A stretch of 64,000 bases of DNA. Origin: Botryllus schlosseri. Its lineage: Eukaryota. A model generated the notes under the pieces. That model had not been told where the DNA came from, did not search any database, and saw only the letters and a list, made by a program, of their open reading frames with translations. The stretch covers positions 15,128,001 through 15,192,000 of the forward strand of contig CM119384.1 of assembly GCA_051294905.1 (NCBI GenBank). Direction: 5' to 3'. Position numbers and translations under genes: made by a program. This document shows positions 24,111-38,400 of this stretch, in pieces (positions within the stretch are counted from its first letter, which is position 1; each line of letters begins with the position of its first letter).

Positions 24111-25095
24111 ATAGATACGCTACACCCGTCGTCACGCTTGCTTGCTTGGAGGTAATTACTGCTCAGCAATCTGAACGCAACGTAATTTCCAATCCCAAAG
24201 CTGACGACCCGAGCGCTCAAATTGGATGAAGTTGATCTTATTTGAAAGCTACTGTCGCACTGATTCCGAAAATAAACATTAAAATCTGATCAGGGCAACC
24301 GAAACCCCTTGAAATACACCTCAAAGTCTGAAAATCGGCATTGTTCTGAGCAATTGCAGCCATTGTCATGGTCATTGTACTGCGTCGCTCCAATTGTTTG
24401 AAACAATGCCGATTTTCAGACTTTAAAGGCTATTGCGGGCTGGTTCCATTGCCTTGATGAATGTTTATTGTATATTTTTAGATTCAGCGCGGCAGTAGCT
24501 TTCAAATAAGATCAACTTCATTTAATTTGAGCGGTCGGATCGTCAGCTATGCGATTGGCAATTACGTTGCGTTCAGATTGCTGAGAAGTAATTACCTCCG
24601 AACAAGCAAGCGTGACGACGGGTGTTGCGTATCTATCAGAGATGAGCATGGATTAGGATTAGGTTTTGAAAAAACAGGATTTGTGAAATTTTGTCGCATT
24701 TGGATTGGATTTGGATTAGACATTTTTTCAGAACGGATTAGGATTTGGATTGGATTTACCTGTTTTCTGGGAGATTGAAATGTCGTCTGGCGAATGGCGA
24801 CAAGCTTTATTCAGATCAGTTATTAATGTACTTATGGTTACTAAGTTATCTTGAATCAAGTGAATCGTTGGTTGTGAAAGAAAATTTTCGAATCCCTCCA
24901 TTGCATAAATTAGTATTTTTTCTGAATTTCCTGTTGGAATCGGATTAGGATTGGACATGGACTTGAATATGAAAAAGTTAGGGATTAGGATTTGGATATG
25001 GATTTGAAGGTTCGGATTTGGATTGGATTAGGACATAGAAATTTCAAATCCGCTCATCTCTGGTATCTATCCGTAGGTTAGTTATCTATAGATGC
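24111..25095. mobile_element. Foldback element type B interrupted by a hAT MITE
   Basis: Inverted arms at 24111-~24345 and ~24390-24636; the arm resumes at 25063-25095 after the MITE. Confidence 0.8.
24637..25062. mobile_element. hAT-type MITE (426 bp) rich in GGATT repeats
   Basis: TIR CAGAGATGAGC / GCTCATCTCTG; perfect 8-bp TSD GTATCTAT; related fragments at ~18670-18725, 22380-22477, 23060-23170 and 40070-40232. Confidence 0.9.
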
Positions 25096-26466
25096 TATGA
25101 GCAATCAGTGATCGCAGCTCGCAGTCGCAGTCAGTCTCGGATATTGGCGCATGTTGGAGCGAAATTTCGGGATATTGGCTCATTTTCCTTTTGCCTGGCA
25201 GCGAAAATTTGAGTTTAGCACTATTTTGGCACCTTCATCGTTCTTCAACTATCACAATGGAAATTTGTTAACAGCACATTAGATCAGTATCAAGTGCTGT
25301 TTACTCGTGCACCTCTAACGAAGTATTTGATGTTAGAATTATAGAGAGACGTGGAATTACAGTAGGCATATTGGTGTCTTATTAACATCCTATGAATCAC
25401 TATCTTGCATTACCGTACATCGAAATAGTAGGTCGCAGGTCATTTTATCTGCTATCCATGGCAATACCCAGCTTGTAATGCCAACTAGGCCTATAGGCGG
25501 CTAGGCATATCAATTATAATTTCGGCTACTAGACATGCTCTTTCTTTCTTGGACATATCAACCCAGGCCAAGAACAGATCGTTAAGGCCTGTAATTCGTG
25601 ATGGAACTAAGCCTGCTGATTCATTGGAAAGTTTGCCTAGTTCTTCGTGGCGCTTTTGTCGTAGAATTGCGGGCTTTAATATTTATCTTAACTTGACAAC
25701 CCTATATGCAGAGCAAAATGAATTCCACCAAGATGTACGATCTTCCTTTTGGTTTGCAGCCTAATTTAAGCTTTATTTGACTGTTAAGCTCATTTCTCTT
25801 TATATAACCTAGCCACTCTTCAGGATTACCAGACCACGACCTCGCCCTCCGCCACATGCCACCCCATTTTGTCGCTTACGTCTTATATTCTCTGCATTAC
25901 TTTTCATTCAGTGTGCATGCCTCTTATTTACTTCGCCTAGGCTAAGGTGGGTGTCTGATCTTTAGGCTACTCCAAGTTGTTTCGACACCTTCCTATCTTT
26001 TCATTGTATCGCAGTCTTGTGATGTTTTGAAACGATGAAAATATTAATAAACCTGACTGACTGACTGACTAACCTATATAAGGTCGAACACTAAATATAA
26101 TTTGGCACTTTCTCAGTCAGTTTGGCACTATTTTATGAAGAATTTGGCTCTCACTCTAAGAGCCTTCCTGCAGTTGCCAGTTGGCAACCCTGCTCACAGT
26201 GCACTCTGCACAGTGACAGTGCAAGTCCATTAAGAAAGGATTTACATATGTCGCCGTGCTCCGTGCTGGATACTGAGTCACATAACGACACATATAGGCT
26301 ATTTCGTATAGTTTGACTTGTCTCAGATTGACAATTACTATTTTATTCACGGAAGCCATTTAAATTTTCTCGTCTTATTTCTAATCTTCCTGCAGTACCT
26401 TTTGCATCTGATCACAGTTTAATAATTTTCAAATCTTGATCGTCGATTGAGACCAGTCGGTACACA

Positions 26467-29400
26467 ATGGCTATGAAAGATCTTATTTCCGGTGAATGCG
26501 GGGGTGCTAATCCTCTCATGAAAATCACACAACATGTGAATCAGGATCTTGCTTTTCGGGACCGGGCCGTCGCAAATAGGAATCAAGGTTTGTTTCATGC
26601 TTTGAACTGACCAGTTAGTTTCTTAATTGACTGATCCTTAAGTATATATTCTAATTACATAATTTTATACACACTTGCTCATGGAAGCTTCATATGGCAG
26701 CGTCTTATGTGAATAGACTGGAATTTTATTCATTTCAACTTCAATTCAGCTACATTCACTTGAGGCTCAAATACTGTCTAATTAATCCACTTCGTGTTGA
26801 TACCAGAGTGGTATTTTACACAAATAATTTCACACACATTCGTCAAGCTTGATATTATGTGTGGACTAAGTTTTTACCCTCTTTATCTGCGACTGGCCAG
26901 ACTTGGAAAAAGTTGTAAGTAAATATGCCAGATTCACAAGAACATCTCCTGTCAAAGCTAATTTTTTTGTATCAAATTTTGATCATTTGCCGGAACAATA
27001 TTAGGCTACCGGTTTTCCTGAATTTGCTGCTGAATATTGTATATGACATGTCGAAGAATAGTTGCTCAAAATTGTCCAATTTTCCACTCATTGAATGGTG
27101 GGTAATTTGATCTTGCTGTTTTTTGGCGTGCACTTCGCAAACCATGCCTCGTTCAGGCATATACATTAAGCTACTCTTTTACAAAATCCATTGCTGAGAT
27201 CGCCAGTTGGTTTCAAAAGATATTTTCATCTCGCAGATTCATTCCAGCGCCCTTCGCAAGCGGTTGGTCAACCACACACTTTCAATATGCAAGACTTGTT
27301 GCAGCAAGCGAAGCAGCTTGAGCCGAAACCACAACGTAACTATTATACTATGCTGTCACGCAGCTCAGTTTGTTGAATATTGCTTTGCTTGGATGGCGTA
27401 GGTATGCAAGGGAGACCGACTGGTTTGGAATGGGAAAAGGAGCTTCATCCTCTTCAGCCAGCTGTGTTTAAAGACAATGTGAGAGATAACGCTGACTGGG
27501 AAAGGAATCCGTTGATGCAAGGTAGGACTTGTGGCCTGATAAAATAGATACTCTGTCACTTTTTGCACACCAATTTCGATCCTGTACTGGCATTGGTCCT
27601 GGCATTTATGATTCGGTCTGATTTCAATATTATTGATGTAGTCGGAGCAGACATGCACTAAACTAGTAGATTAACAAAATGCGCATCTCGAACTAGAACT
27701 AACGATCTTTAAAAATTCAAAAACATTTAAGACACCACTAACGCAACTAAAACTACCGTAAACCGGGGTAACTTTGAACACTAAGCAGTAAATCATTCAA
27801 ATGGTTATTGATGGAAAAGGGTTGACGCTGGATGTCCAATCCTTTTTCAAGAGGCAACAGTACCATAATTAGTCTCAATAAAAGGTGGATTCATTTCACT
27901 ACCAGATAAACTTGACCCAATATTTGATGAATTAATGGCGGTAGTCAATTTCATCAAAACTGATTGTTAATAAAATTCATTATAACCAAATATTGTTAGC
28001 ATGGGAGCTATAGATTCAAAACTTGGTAGCAGATACCTCTAAGTAGTCTTAATCTGGGGCAGAAATCTCAGCAGGCTCCCCCTTAGATATAAGAAAATGT
28101 GATGTCCAAAGTTACCCTCTCATATTTTATCAGAGCGGGGCAACTTTGGACAGTGGAAATGTGATATTATAGAATGTCAACATCGAATGGCAACGACCGA
28201 TTTTGCAGATTCGTTCCGCTTCGCTGAGGCTGTAATACAGAATTGTTTTGCGTAAGCGACTGTAGGATTTCTGGCAATCCAAAAGTTATCTTCCAGAACG
28301 CAGAATTTACTGAATACTGTGAAGACATATACAAAAAACTGCATTCTCTAAGGTTACCCCACATGCTGTGTGAACTTTGGACATGGATAATTAAAAAATA
28401 TACTGCACTTATTCATGACCATGAAGATTTTAGATTAGTTAATTCTAATCTTTGCACTGTAACCCCAGAAAAACATAAAACTTGCACCCCCTGCACTCTA
28501 GCATTACCAAGATGTAAAGCGAAACTGTGAAAAATTGCCCAAAGTTACCCCGGTTTACGGTGCTAAAAAAACGGTAGTTAGTTGACCGTTGACTAACTTG
28601 ATTGGTCAATTAACTTGATTGGTACTTTACAAGTCTGTGCACTGGTTCATTCTGATTTCAATATTATTAGTCTTATCTTATGCCTGCTAATTTTATCTTT
28701 GTAATAACAGGGTCAGAATTGTTTTTGTTGTAATATTCACTCTTCCCAAACATACAGGATGGGGTGGGTCAGTAAATTCTCATAACAGTGTCCTACGGCT
28801 TGTTGACTTTATCCCATGCTAAAATCTTTTTACTTCAAAGCACCATAATTAGTTATTCTGTGCAACTCTTGTGTCATTTCGATTAGTAACCAAATGTCGA
28901 TATTCGAAGTATTATCGGCTTCATTAGGTCATTCATTGAATCCCTTGATGCAGTTCCATGCGGGCTGAGCATTGATTTACCTTCTGAACCTCCATGTAAT
29001 CAGATTTTGATTATGCATCCGTGCCAAATTGGTGAGGAGTTGAATACGTTCACTTCTAGTACATAATGTGCATCTCGTCCAAGCAAAAGAATGCAAATCA
29101 ATATAGTATCGAAATATGGTTTTATTTGACATTTAATGTGTCCTCTGCCTTGTTTTGTGCAGATCGAATGCATCACAATGGCTGGGGTCATGGTTTCAGG
29201 CCTTCTTTCTCTGGACCTATTTTCAGGCCTGCTCCAGAACCCCGTATTCAAGTGCTTGACGACAATACTGCGACGAAGGAATGGTGAGACATTGCATTGT
29301 TTGTCGAGGCAAAGCGGTTTTAACGCTTTCAATCAATGACCATGTGAACTGATTAGAATGATACCTTGAAAATTGAGACGGTGATACATGCAAGGATATT

Positions 29401-32400
29401 CAATGCAATGATGTGGTCTCCGCAAGCACAATATTTCGAAGTGATACTAGTGTTTTGCAACTTAGAAATAGCGATTCTATTTGGGCTTGGATATTGGAGT
29501 TTAATTTGAATCGGCTATGATTAGATTTTACCCGCGTCTAGCCGCAGTACGCAAAGTTCACGTCTTGAGATGTTTTGATGTGCTGGATACAATTGAAACA
29601 GGCAGACAGAAAGAGAGGGAGAGAAAATATTTATTTCAATATTGCATCAATAAATATAGATCCATGATCCAGGGCATCAATGGAACCTCTATCTCGATTT
29701 TTGAGCATTGAGGCCCATAATTCATGAATATAATGTGAGAAAAAATATAGCAAGAGATTGATGGAAAGTACATATCGAATTTCTGTTAAAGGGGCACTGC
29801 ACTCTAAAAATGATGTGGTCTCAAATTGAAGGGCAAAACGAAAGAAAAATTTTGGCCACAGCCGTTTTCTTCAGAACGCCACCGTAATGGAGCTGTAATG
29901 TATTGAAATTTCCAGAGTTGCAGCACGCTCCAGCAGTCACGCAGAGATCGAACTTTATATAGTTGTCAGCCGATGTTATGAAGGAAATATGTCGTACACG
30001 CCAAGGTGGTTTGGATACCGCGTTCAACGGAAGATGTCCAGTCAGGAGATTTATGTCAAAATCGGGCCTAGTGTATTCTATTTCCTTCATAACATCGGCT
30101 GACAACTATATAAAGTTCGACCTCTGCGTGACTGCCGGAGCGTGCTGCAACTCTGGAAATTTCAATACATTACAGCTCCATTACGGTGGCGTTCTGAAGA
30201 AAACGGCTGTGGCCAAAATTTTTCTTTCGTTTTGCCCTTCAATTTGAGACCACATCATTTTTAGAGTGCAGTGCCCCTTTAAAGCATACTCAAGCTTCAC
30301 GTGCGGTTTGTCTGATCACGGGAAAGAAAATCAATGTATGTTGGAGTGTAATAGACAGATGTATTGCGCCTTGGGACACGCTGGTTGTGGTCATGCTAAC
30401 GATAGGTAATCAAAATGTCGATAATCAAAATTGTATCAGCTCCAGTTGAATCCCTTGATGGAGTTCTCATACAGGCATAGATTAACCGTCTAGTTATTGA
30501 GCCTCGCATTCGCATTCATGGCAGATTGCCAAGGAGTACATTTCCTAGCACAGAAAGTGTAGCTGACTTTCGTATATTATAAAGAGTGTTTTATCCTCTC
30601 TCAACCCAAGTGATCAGATTTACTGGTAGCGCTGAGAACTTTAGTGCACGTAGTTTATTATGTTCATGTCACACAGAGAAGACTATTCATGAGCATCTCT
30701 AGGGTTAGTTTCCTGCGAGACCATTATTGTTATTATTAATAGATTTGAAGCATGCTGTTATTTCCTGTAAATTTTAGCTTGCGGTTACAGCTAATTAGAA
30801 TGGTGGGTACAGTTGCATCCCATAACTGCAGTTTGGGGGTAGGCTTTCAGCCGTACAAATCTAAAGTGCTGCTAAATCTCACTTGAAAGCAGTTGCAAGA
30901 ATAATTCTGAAATAGGACCCGAGTGAAAATGTTTGGGAATCACTGATTTATGCAATGGGCTTGTTTGGATGACAAGATCTCTTCAGGCCATTACCGGTAT
31001 ATATGCACCTAATATTGCTTAGAAATGCTCTCGATTGCCTTTAACGATGATATCTCTGTAATGAACTGAGCTTGCTGCTTTTTCTTCTATTGAAAAAAAG
31101 TCTGTCTTGAATCCCGAACAGGAGTATCGAATACAACGCCGAGCAGTCGGAATTGACTGAACTGGAGAAAGCCGCCAACGAAATGGTCGACGCTCATTCG
31201 AACGACGAGAAAATATCGAAAACAGATTTTTTCAATTACGTCTCCGAGCTTGGGACACGAGGAGCAAAGGAGGATAACTGGACAAAAGAATACGGAGATG
31301 TAAGTTTTTAATTGGTGTCGTACGACAAAAAGCTAGGCGTGTAGAAGCTTTCTAAGGGTACTGATTTTTTTCATGGCCTTGGAGCATTTGTATAAGTTTC
31401 GAGAGCTCGCAACCTACAATTAGCACGATTAACATCTGATAAATATACCCAAGGTACTTACACAACCACAGTACTCGATTTAAATCCTAAGAGCTCCTCC
31501 GACAATGCTTTTCTACCCTTGAATAATGCTGGAATTGATGTGATGTGTAGAATAAATCGCCCCTGCGAGTAAAAGTATGAGTTTTCGGTCATTCAAGGCG
31601 GAGTTCCTTGACTTGCTCCTAATTATCGAATGTATTTGTCATTAACTATTGCATCATGCATCAAGTCATCCGCTGTGTTCTTTTTGTTTGTTTTTATATA
31701 CAACCATAACCATAGCTAGCAAGCATACATACATACTTGTTCATAATCTCCAGGGTTCTGGCTTGACATGAACATGATTTGACATGATTATATCGCCAGC
31801 ACCCCATCATTATTCAGTTAGTTACTCATTGACACTAATATTATTGTGTATGTGTTTTGGAATATTCAAATAAGAATGAATTACATGACGGTCAGAACTC
31901 TCGACTACTCTACGTTAGCTTTTATAACTCTCGTGCTGTTTGAAAAGGACCCAATGTACCGACTGTCATTCGTTAGATTTGGGTAGCACTGTCGGCAAGT
32001 TGCCTTCATTCACTAATCACACAATTGGTTTGTCGATTAGCAGGCCGTGCTTTTTATTCCCAGAATGAAAGCCAAATTTTGAGAGATCCGTTGGAGAGAG
32101 TGACTAAAATTACGGAGGAGTATAACGATATGCTCGGTGAATCTCGGACCTCGCCCGTGAGTATTCAGCCTATAGGCGACATCGCAACAGCTTTGTTTGA
32201 TCGTTGAAATTAACGGTCTGAATGGACTCTCACAATCAGTCTCTCCGATAAAACTCAGCTTCAAATTTCGAATCAAATTTATCTCTAGCTTGATCTCAAT
32301 CTTGCAGTATAGTTGAGAAATCCGTGCAATTTCGTACTCTTCTCCGTGGTTTAGTAACAGATGTGGTCAGAGTAGTCGGCGTTGGTACTTGCGAAGATAG

Positions 32401-35400
32401 ATTGTCAAGATGTGTCAAAACTACTTCAAGCGAAACTCAAGGAATGAAAAATGCTTGAGTAGTTCCACAAAATTTAAGTGGTCGACGAGTCTCGTACTTT
32501 TACCAGTTTATTGGTGGTTTCTAAAAGACTAATTTAACTACGAAAGGTGAAATTATCAAAAATACATTCTGGTACCGTGATAGCTATTTCGCCCAGTTCT
32601 TTCCATAATTTCACAGATTAAAATTTTAACAAATACATAGTGTTGACTGGAAAACTACTGTAGACGTGAAAGTAGTCTAAATCGTAACCACAGAGTAAGT
32701 ACTGCAAGTTGGTAAAACCGAGTCCTCCATTAATGACCACCTCTATTTAATAGTATAAGAGCTAGTGCCATCGGAGATAGGTGCCAAAATACTGTCTGCT
32801 CAACAGCAACCTTGCCCAGTACTCTGTCCGGGTTTCAAGGGGAATTGTAACGCGTCCTCGGACAGTCAGAATTGAATAACGGAGTAAGGCGTAAGGCTGG
32901 TCGGATTAATCGCTTTCCTTATCGCAGGCCGATCCGAAGTATTGGGAGAAGCTGGAGGAAGAATGGCAAAGCGTTTTGAACACCGACGAAGAAACGCATC
33001 CCTGGCTGGACTCCTCCGAAACCTCTTCGTCTTTGACCGAGGTAATGCGTGACACGTTTACGCCCTGTAGTGTCTTTAGCTAATATTGTGACTACCATAG
33101 TGGGTGCGATAACATCAGTCCTTGCATGTTCATTAGTGTTGTTGAAAATAATTTACTGACTACTTGATAAAATTTCAAGTTTGGCTAAGAAGACGCTGCA
33201 CATCAAATTTTTGGATTGATGGTGGTAAATCTATGATCTATCATTACTATTTATTGAATTACCCACCGTGAATACTATTTTTCAAATCCAAAATTTTCTG
33301 CTCTTAGTAAATCTTCGCTTGTACGGGTTCGAATTGAGCCAAATTTGATGTCTATCGTTTTTTAGGTAACCTTATAATTTTATCAACTATCCAGTAAAAG
33401 TAATAAAAAGAGTGGTCTTTTAGAAACCCTAGCGTAAGATTTTTCAATCATACGGTCGGCGTGAGGAGAAGCCTGTCTCTTTGAGGGATGCTTGAAATTC
33501 GCAAGTAATGCTTGATATTATGTAGGAGGCTTCTAAGCACAGGGTTAAATCTTCGAAATCTCCAATTGTGCATAAAATCTCACTTGAATTTACGCGTAAA
33601 AAAATTCAGACGATGACAATTGCTCGTTAACGTAGGAGCACCAAGTTTTCCTTGTAACGCTGCACCGGTCAAAAAGATCTGTTTTCTTGCTATAGGCATC
33701 AGACTTGTACTAACTACAAATCAAGTTAATTGACAGTCGACTAACTACTGGTTTTTTGAATACTTCTACTTGTGGTTGCGGATCTGAAAAGTGGGTAGTT
33801 CTAGTTACGCATTAAAAAAATTAAGTCGCTAAACGACTAGAAAGCCTCTTGTGTGAATTAATCGTGATACCGGTGCACTGTTGTGTGATTTTCTTGCAGC
33901 ATTGCTAGCTCAGAGTCATCGCTAGTAAATGTAGCCTAGCCAGGGGTGGGTTTGGAGGGTCGAAACCCCTCCCACCTCATGTGGAAAGCTGATCCGAAAA
34001 AATAAAAATGAACGTGTTGCTGCAGAATTATATCTGGTTGGTTGTGTTTTAGTCAGTTAGTCGTTAGTTGTAGTTTTACTTGCCACATTTGAAAAGTGAG
34101 TAGTTCTAGTTGTAGCTGTAGTTTCACATTTTGAAAATCCAGCAGTCTATACTAAACTGATATGCATCCATTTTTTCATAATCAGGAGTACAGTTTTGAA
34201 GAGAAGAATCCTTTCGCGGACGTCGACAATCCGTTCGAAGAAGGTTTGAAGCTGCTGAAGCTCGGCGAAATACCCAACGCGGCCCTACTTTTCGAGGCCG
34301 CGGTACGGAAAGACGCGAAACACGAAGAGGTTGGTTCCGACTGTCGTACGATGCGTCGATGTTTTCAATGAGTATCTGAGTGTGTTTCGCAGGCCTGGTA
34401 TTATCTCGGCGCCACACAATCTCAAAACGAACAGGAAGATCAAGCTATATGCGCTTTTCAAAAGTAAGGTGTAGCCCTGTTCTCGCTTGCGTTTGGCCAG
34501 GATAGCTGAGGCAGATGTGCAATCTAAATGCTATCGCTAGCTCAGTATTACTGGGAGCTTGACCAATGTTGTTTACTATAATGTGATGGTTTTGAAAGAA
34601 TTATTCTAGCACCAATATTCTTGTCGATGACCGCTTTTCCCCATGTTTATTGGGTCAAGCCAATTGATAAATTCGATTGTGCTGTGTGCATAGGCGCCGA
34701 ACGCTAATTTTCCTTAGGTATGCGAGTTCGATGACGTCACAAAGGAATGACGCCATGATCTGACGGAATTGATAATTAGGGGGTTGATATAGCATCAATT
34801 CATGAGGGTTAAGTGCATGCATAAATGCCGATTATGCAATATCTTCGTGTTAACAAACTTGCGCGTATGATAAGCTTGGCAAAGAGTCCGGAAGTGCTGT
34901 CCATTAGCGAGTCCCTGATCGCTAGCGAACAATTAAATAAGCCGCTTATCAACGCGTATTACGTAACTTCAGCGACGATTTGCGCAAGGCAAAATGTCTG
35001 AGTTGTTATGGAATCTGTTTTATAAGGGCACCGATTTCAGATTGTTCAAACCTTTCTCGTCTTTTACAAGTCAAGCCTTGACAGTTGACACACATCTTCT
35101 GATGGTTATGTTTAGGTATTAGAATTCACTTACGCATGCACGGCGCACTCACAATCATTCATCACAGTCATTCAGGTCAGCGATGTTGCTCTTTAATTAC
35201 AATCGCTAACCAACAAACACCTAACGGCATTGTCATGCCAAACCGAATTCTAGGTATGCCGCATACCTTGCATACCCAGGTTCGGCGCCTATGGCTGTGT
35301 GTTTGGTGTGTGTTGCAGAAGTGGTCAAAGTAGTCAACACGAGTAGAAGTAATTGTGTAAATTTCTTCTCAATTACAATTAGATGTAGCGCGCGGTTGGT

Positions 35401-38400
35401 GGCGTGAATGAAAACCTCGATTTTATTTTCAATTCAGTTTTCAATTTTGGCGCCTAAAATACTTTTGTTCTTGCTTGAAATCTCTACTTTGATTTGCACT
35501 CGACTAGAAATTTACGACTGTACTTCTACTTGTCAGTTTTCAGGTTTTTAGGGAAAACCAGGCTCTGAATACATACTTTTTACTAGCTCGAAAATCACTA
35601 CTTCTCCTTGTATTCGAGTACAAATATAAGTCGTTGTTACTACTAGAGTACCAACATGGACTACTGTGAAAGCAATAACCTAATTTTTCAGGTGCCTCTT
35701 TCTGAATCCCGACCACCGAGACGCGTTAATATCGTTGGCGGTAGCCTTCACGAACGAATCGATGCCGCGCGACGCCTGCAACTTACTAAAAAGGTGGATC
35801 AAGGCCCACCCGGCCTACCGTCATCTCCGTGGGGACGCCACGTCTCGGGAGCACGAGCCAAGCGGAAAATCATTTTGGGGCAGTAGAGTCACAGAAAGGT
35901 GAGAACTGGATTCGGGGTGTGAAAGGTATTTTGTGTGTTTGTGTGTCAAAATTGAACCAATTTTTTTATATAATTCGGTCGGTTTTGGCGCTTGTGCAAA
36001 AAATGGGAATTCGGATCCCAGTCCTATTTTGGAAAAACTTGCCGAATTCCTGTCTTGTTAGAATTCACATCAAGTTTGGCTAAATTCCAACCCGTAGAAG
36101 CAAAGTTATTAGAGCCATTGCCAAATGTTTTTCAAGCTCCACTAGGGACTCCATGAAATTGTTAGGTTTCTTGAAAGAAATGCGTAACAAATTCGGCTCA
36201 ATTCTAACCCGTAGAAGTGAGGTTATTGGAATACGAAATTTTGGATTGGAAACAAATGGTATTTAGGGGAAATTCTATTATTTAGCTTCGCCAAAACATT
36301 GTTTCTCACTATGTGTGAACGAGAAATGATGTTCAGCTACATGTCTTGATCTTTATTATTGTCTGGAATCAAGTCACATATTTGAAATAGATTTGACACC
36401 AATTCTGTTGATAGAAGTACATGTTCATGCCGGTGTTGTCGTATTTTGTGATACGATTGTTGATATGCAATGTTCTTTCCAATTCTCTACTAGTTGCTGA
36501 CGATTACCCCGGAAGAGTGTCAGCCGAAAATTTTCCGGTTCATTTCAATATGAATATACTATTTAATTACATATTGACGTTCTGTACCTCCAAGAAGCTA
36601 TTTAAATTTTATTAAAAGAAAATGACTCAGTAGCGTTTGTCATTAGCATTCTCTACTAGTTGCTGACGATTACCACTGAGAAGTGCCAGTCAGATATATT
36701 CTGGTTCATTTCAATATGAACATACTATTCCTGTACGATGTACATTTTGCCGTATTATTTCTTTGAACAACCCTAATCTAGTCATGCATCGCATCATTGC
36801 AAATTTCAGCGTAATGTCATCGTATGGTAAGCTTTTCCGTTGCTTCTTACACAGCGACATCTATCGTGAAGTCCAGGACTTGTACATCAACGCCGCAAGA
36901 ATGAACCTGGATGATCCTGACCCAGACGTTCAGTGCGGGCTCGGCGTCTTATACAACTTGAGCGGGCATTACGACAGGGCTATCGATTGTTTCAGGGTGA
37001 GCGAATTTAGTTACTCCACAAGTAGCTGCGTCGATTCCGATGTCAGACAAGGTTACTGTCGGATGAAATTGTGACTAGCGGCTTGAATTTTCGTCTCACC
37101 ATTTTTGAAGCTTTGTTTCTAAAGATTACTAGGGATGGGCAAACTTAATGCCTTCAGTGATTTGATATTGCCCAGCCTTGGATGCTAGTAGTTGTGTATG
37201 TTGGTTGGTGGTTACTGTTTATCTCTTGGTTTTCACGGTCGTTATGTTGTGAGTACGAGTAATAATCGACATTGTTTCACAGTGCGCTGTCTCGTTGAAG
37301 CCAAACGACCCTTTGCTTTGGAATAAGCTGGGAGCGACGTTAGCAAATGCCAGCCGTCCAGAAGAGGTCAGTTCTGTACTGTCGGTATTGAAAACCTACA
37401 CTTGAATAGTCTGAACAATTAGAAGCATCGTGTGTAGAGACTTGAAATATATGCACCAAGGATATTTCATTGTCATTGTGCTGGACTGTTGGGTTTCCGG
37501 TTATTTTCTTGCCGAATTTCTTGACATTTTTGTTGATATTGGATTGTCAGTCATGTGGTCTTCGTAGGCACGTTATTATTTATCCATTTACCTTGAAAGA
37601 ACAGCACAGAAAAAAACTTTAACCTACTTCATAATTGATAAATAGCTTCATGGACCAGCTCAAAATGGTACAGCAGCCCATTTGGTGAAAACCACTGAAG
37701 ACTGCTATAATCCAAGAATACTTGTAGCGTTGTAGGCTTGCGGCCTTGCACTTGGAATCGAAAAATTTTAGCGCTTGACTCGAGCATGTCTGCTTCGATA
37801 TGTGTCCGGACATGTGCTGGACGAGAGGTGTCTCATTTTGTGCCGCGAGTTGCGACTAGTGCCACGGCATTGTTATTTACGAGGACCTCGTCTGTTTTCA
37901 GGCTATTAATTCGTACAGGAAATCGTTGGAATTGCATCCCGGCTACATAAGAGCCCGTTATAACCTCGGAATCAGCTGCATGAATCTCAACGCGTACAGG
38001 TATGCACAGAGGTAGTTGGTGACGACGGACTTCTACGTATCAGGAATACCCGAGTACTTTTGCCTACTTGCGATACTTCATCAAGTGGATCTACCTCTAA
38101 TGGGCAGTTTTCAAAGCAAAACTACTCATTAATGACACTTCATGTGAACTTGAACAGTTTATTAGGCAAGACTGTTTACTTTTACAATTTGTATCATGAA
38201 AAGTACTGAACAAAGTGAACATACTTCCAAAACTTTGCCTGTTCATGGTGTCGTTAGTCGTTTTCTGTTAAGTCGTGGAGATGCACACTGTATGTAATTT
38301 CTGCGGTGACCGCCTCTGATTTACTGCTCAAAGTATGCGAGCCCTCAGCAAATTTACTTATTGATACTAATTGAGTAATTTTCAGACCTTTATTGTCTGC

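Noticed and set aside
26901-27040. Extra PEX5 micro-exons (DLEKV; [11 protein letters not shown])
   Set aside because: Phase-compatible but with weak support; not needed for an open frame and unresolved without RNA data.
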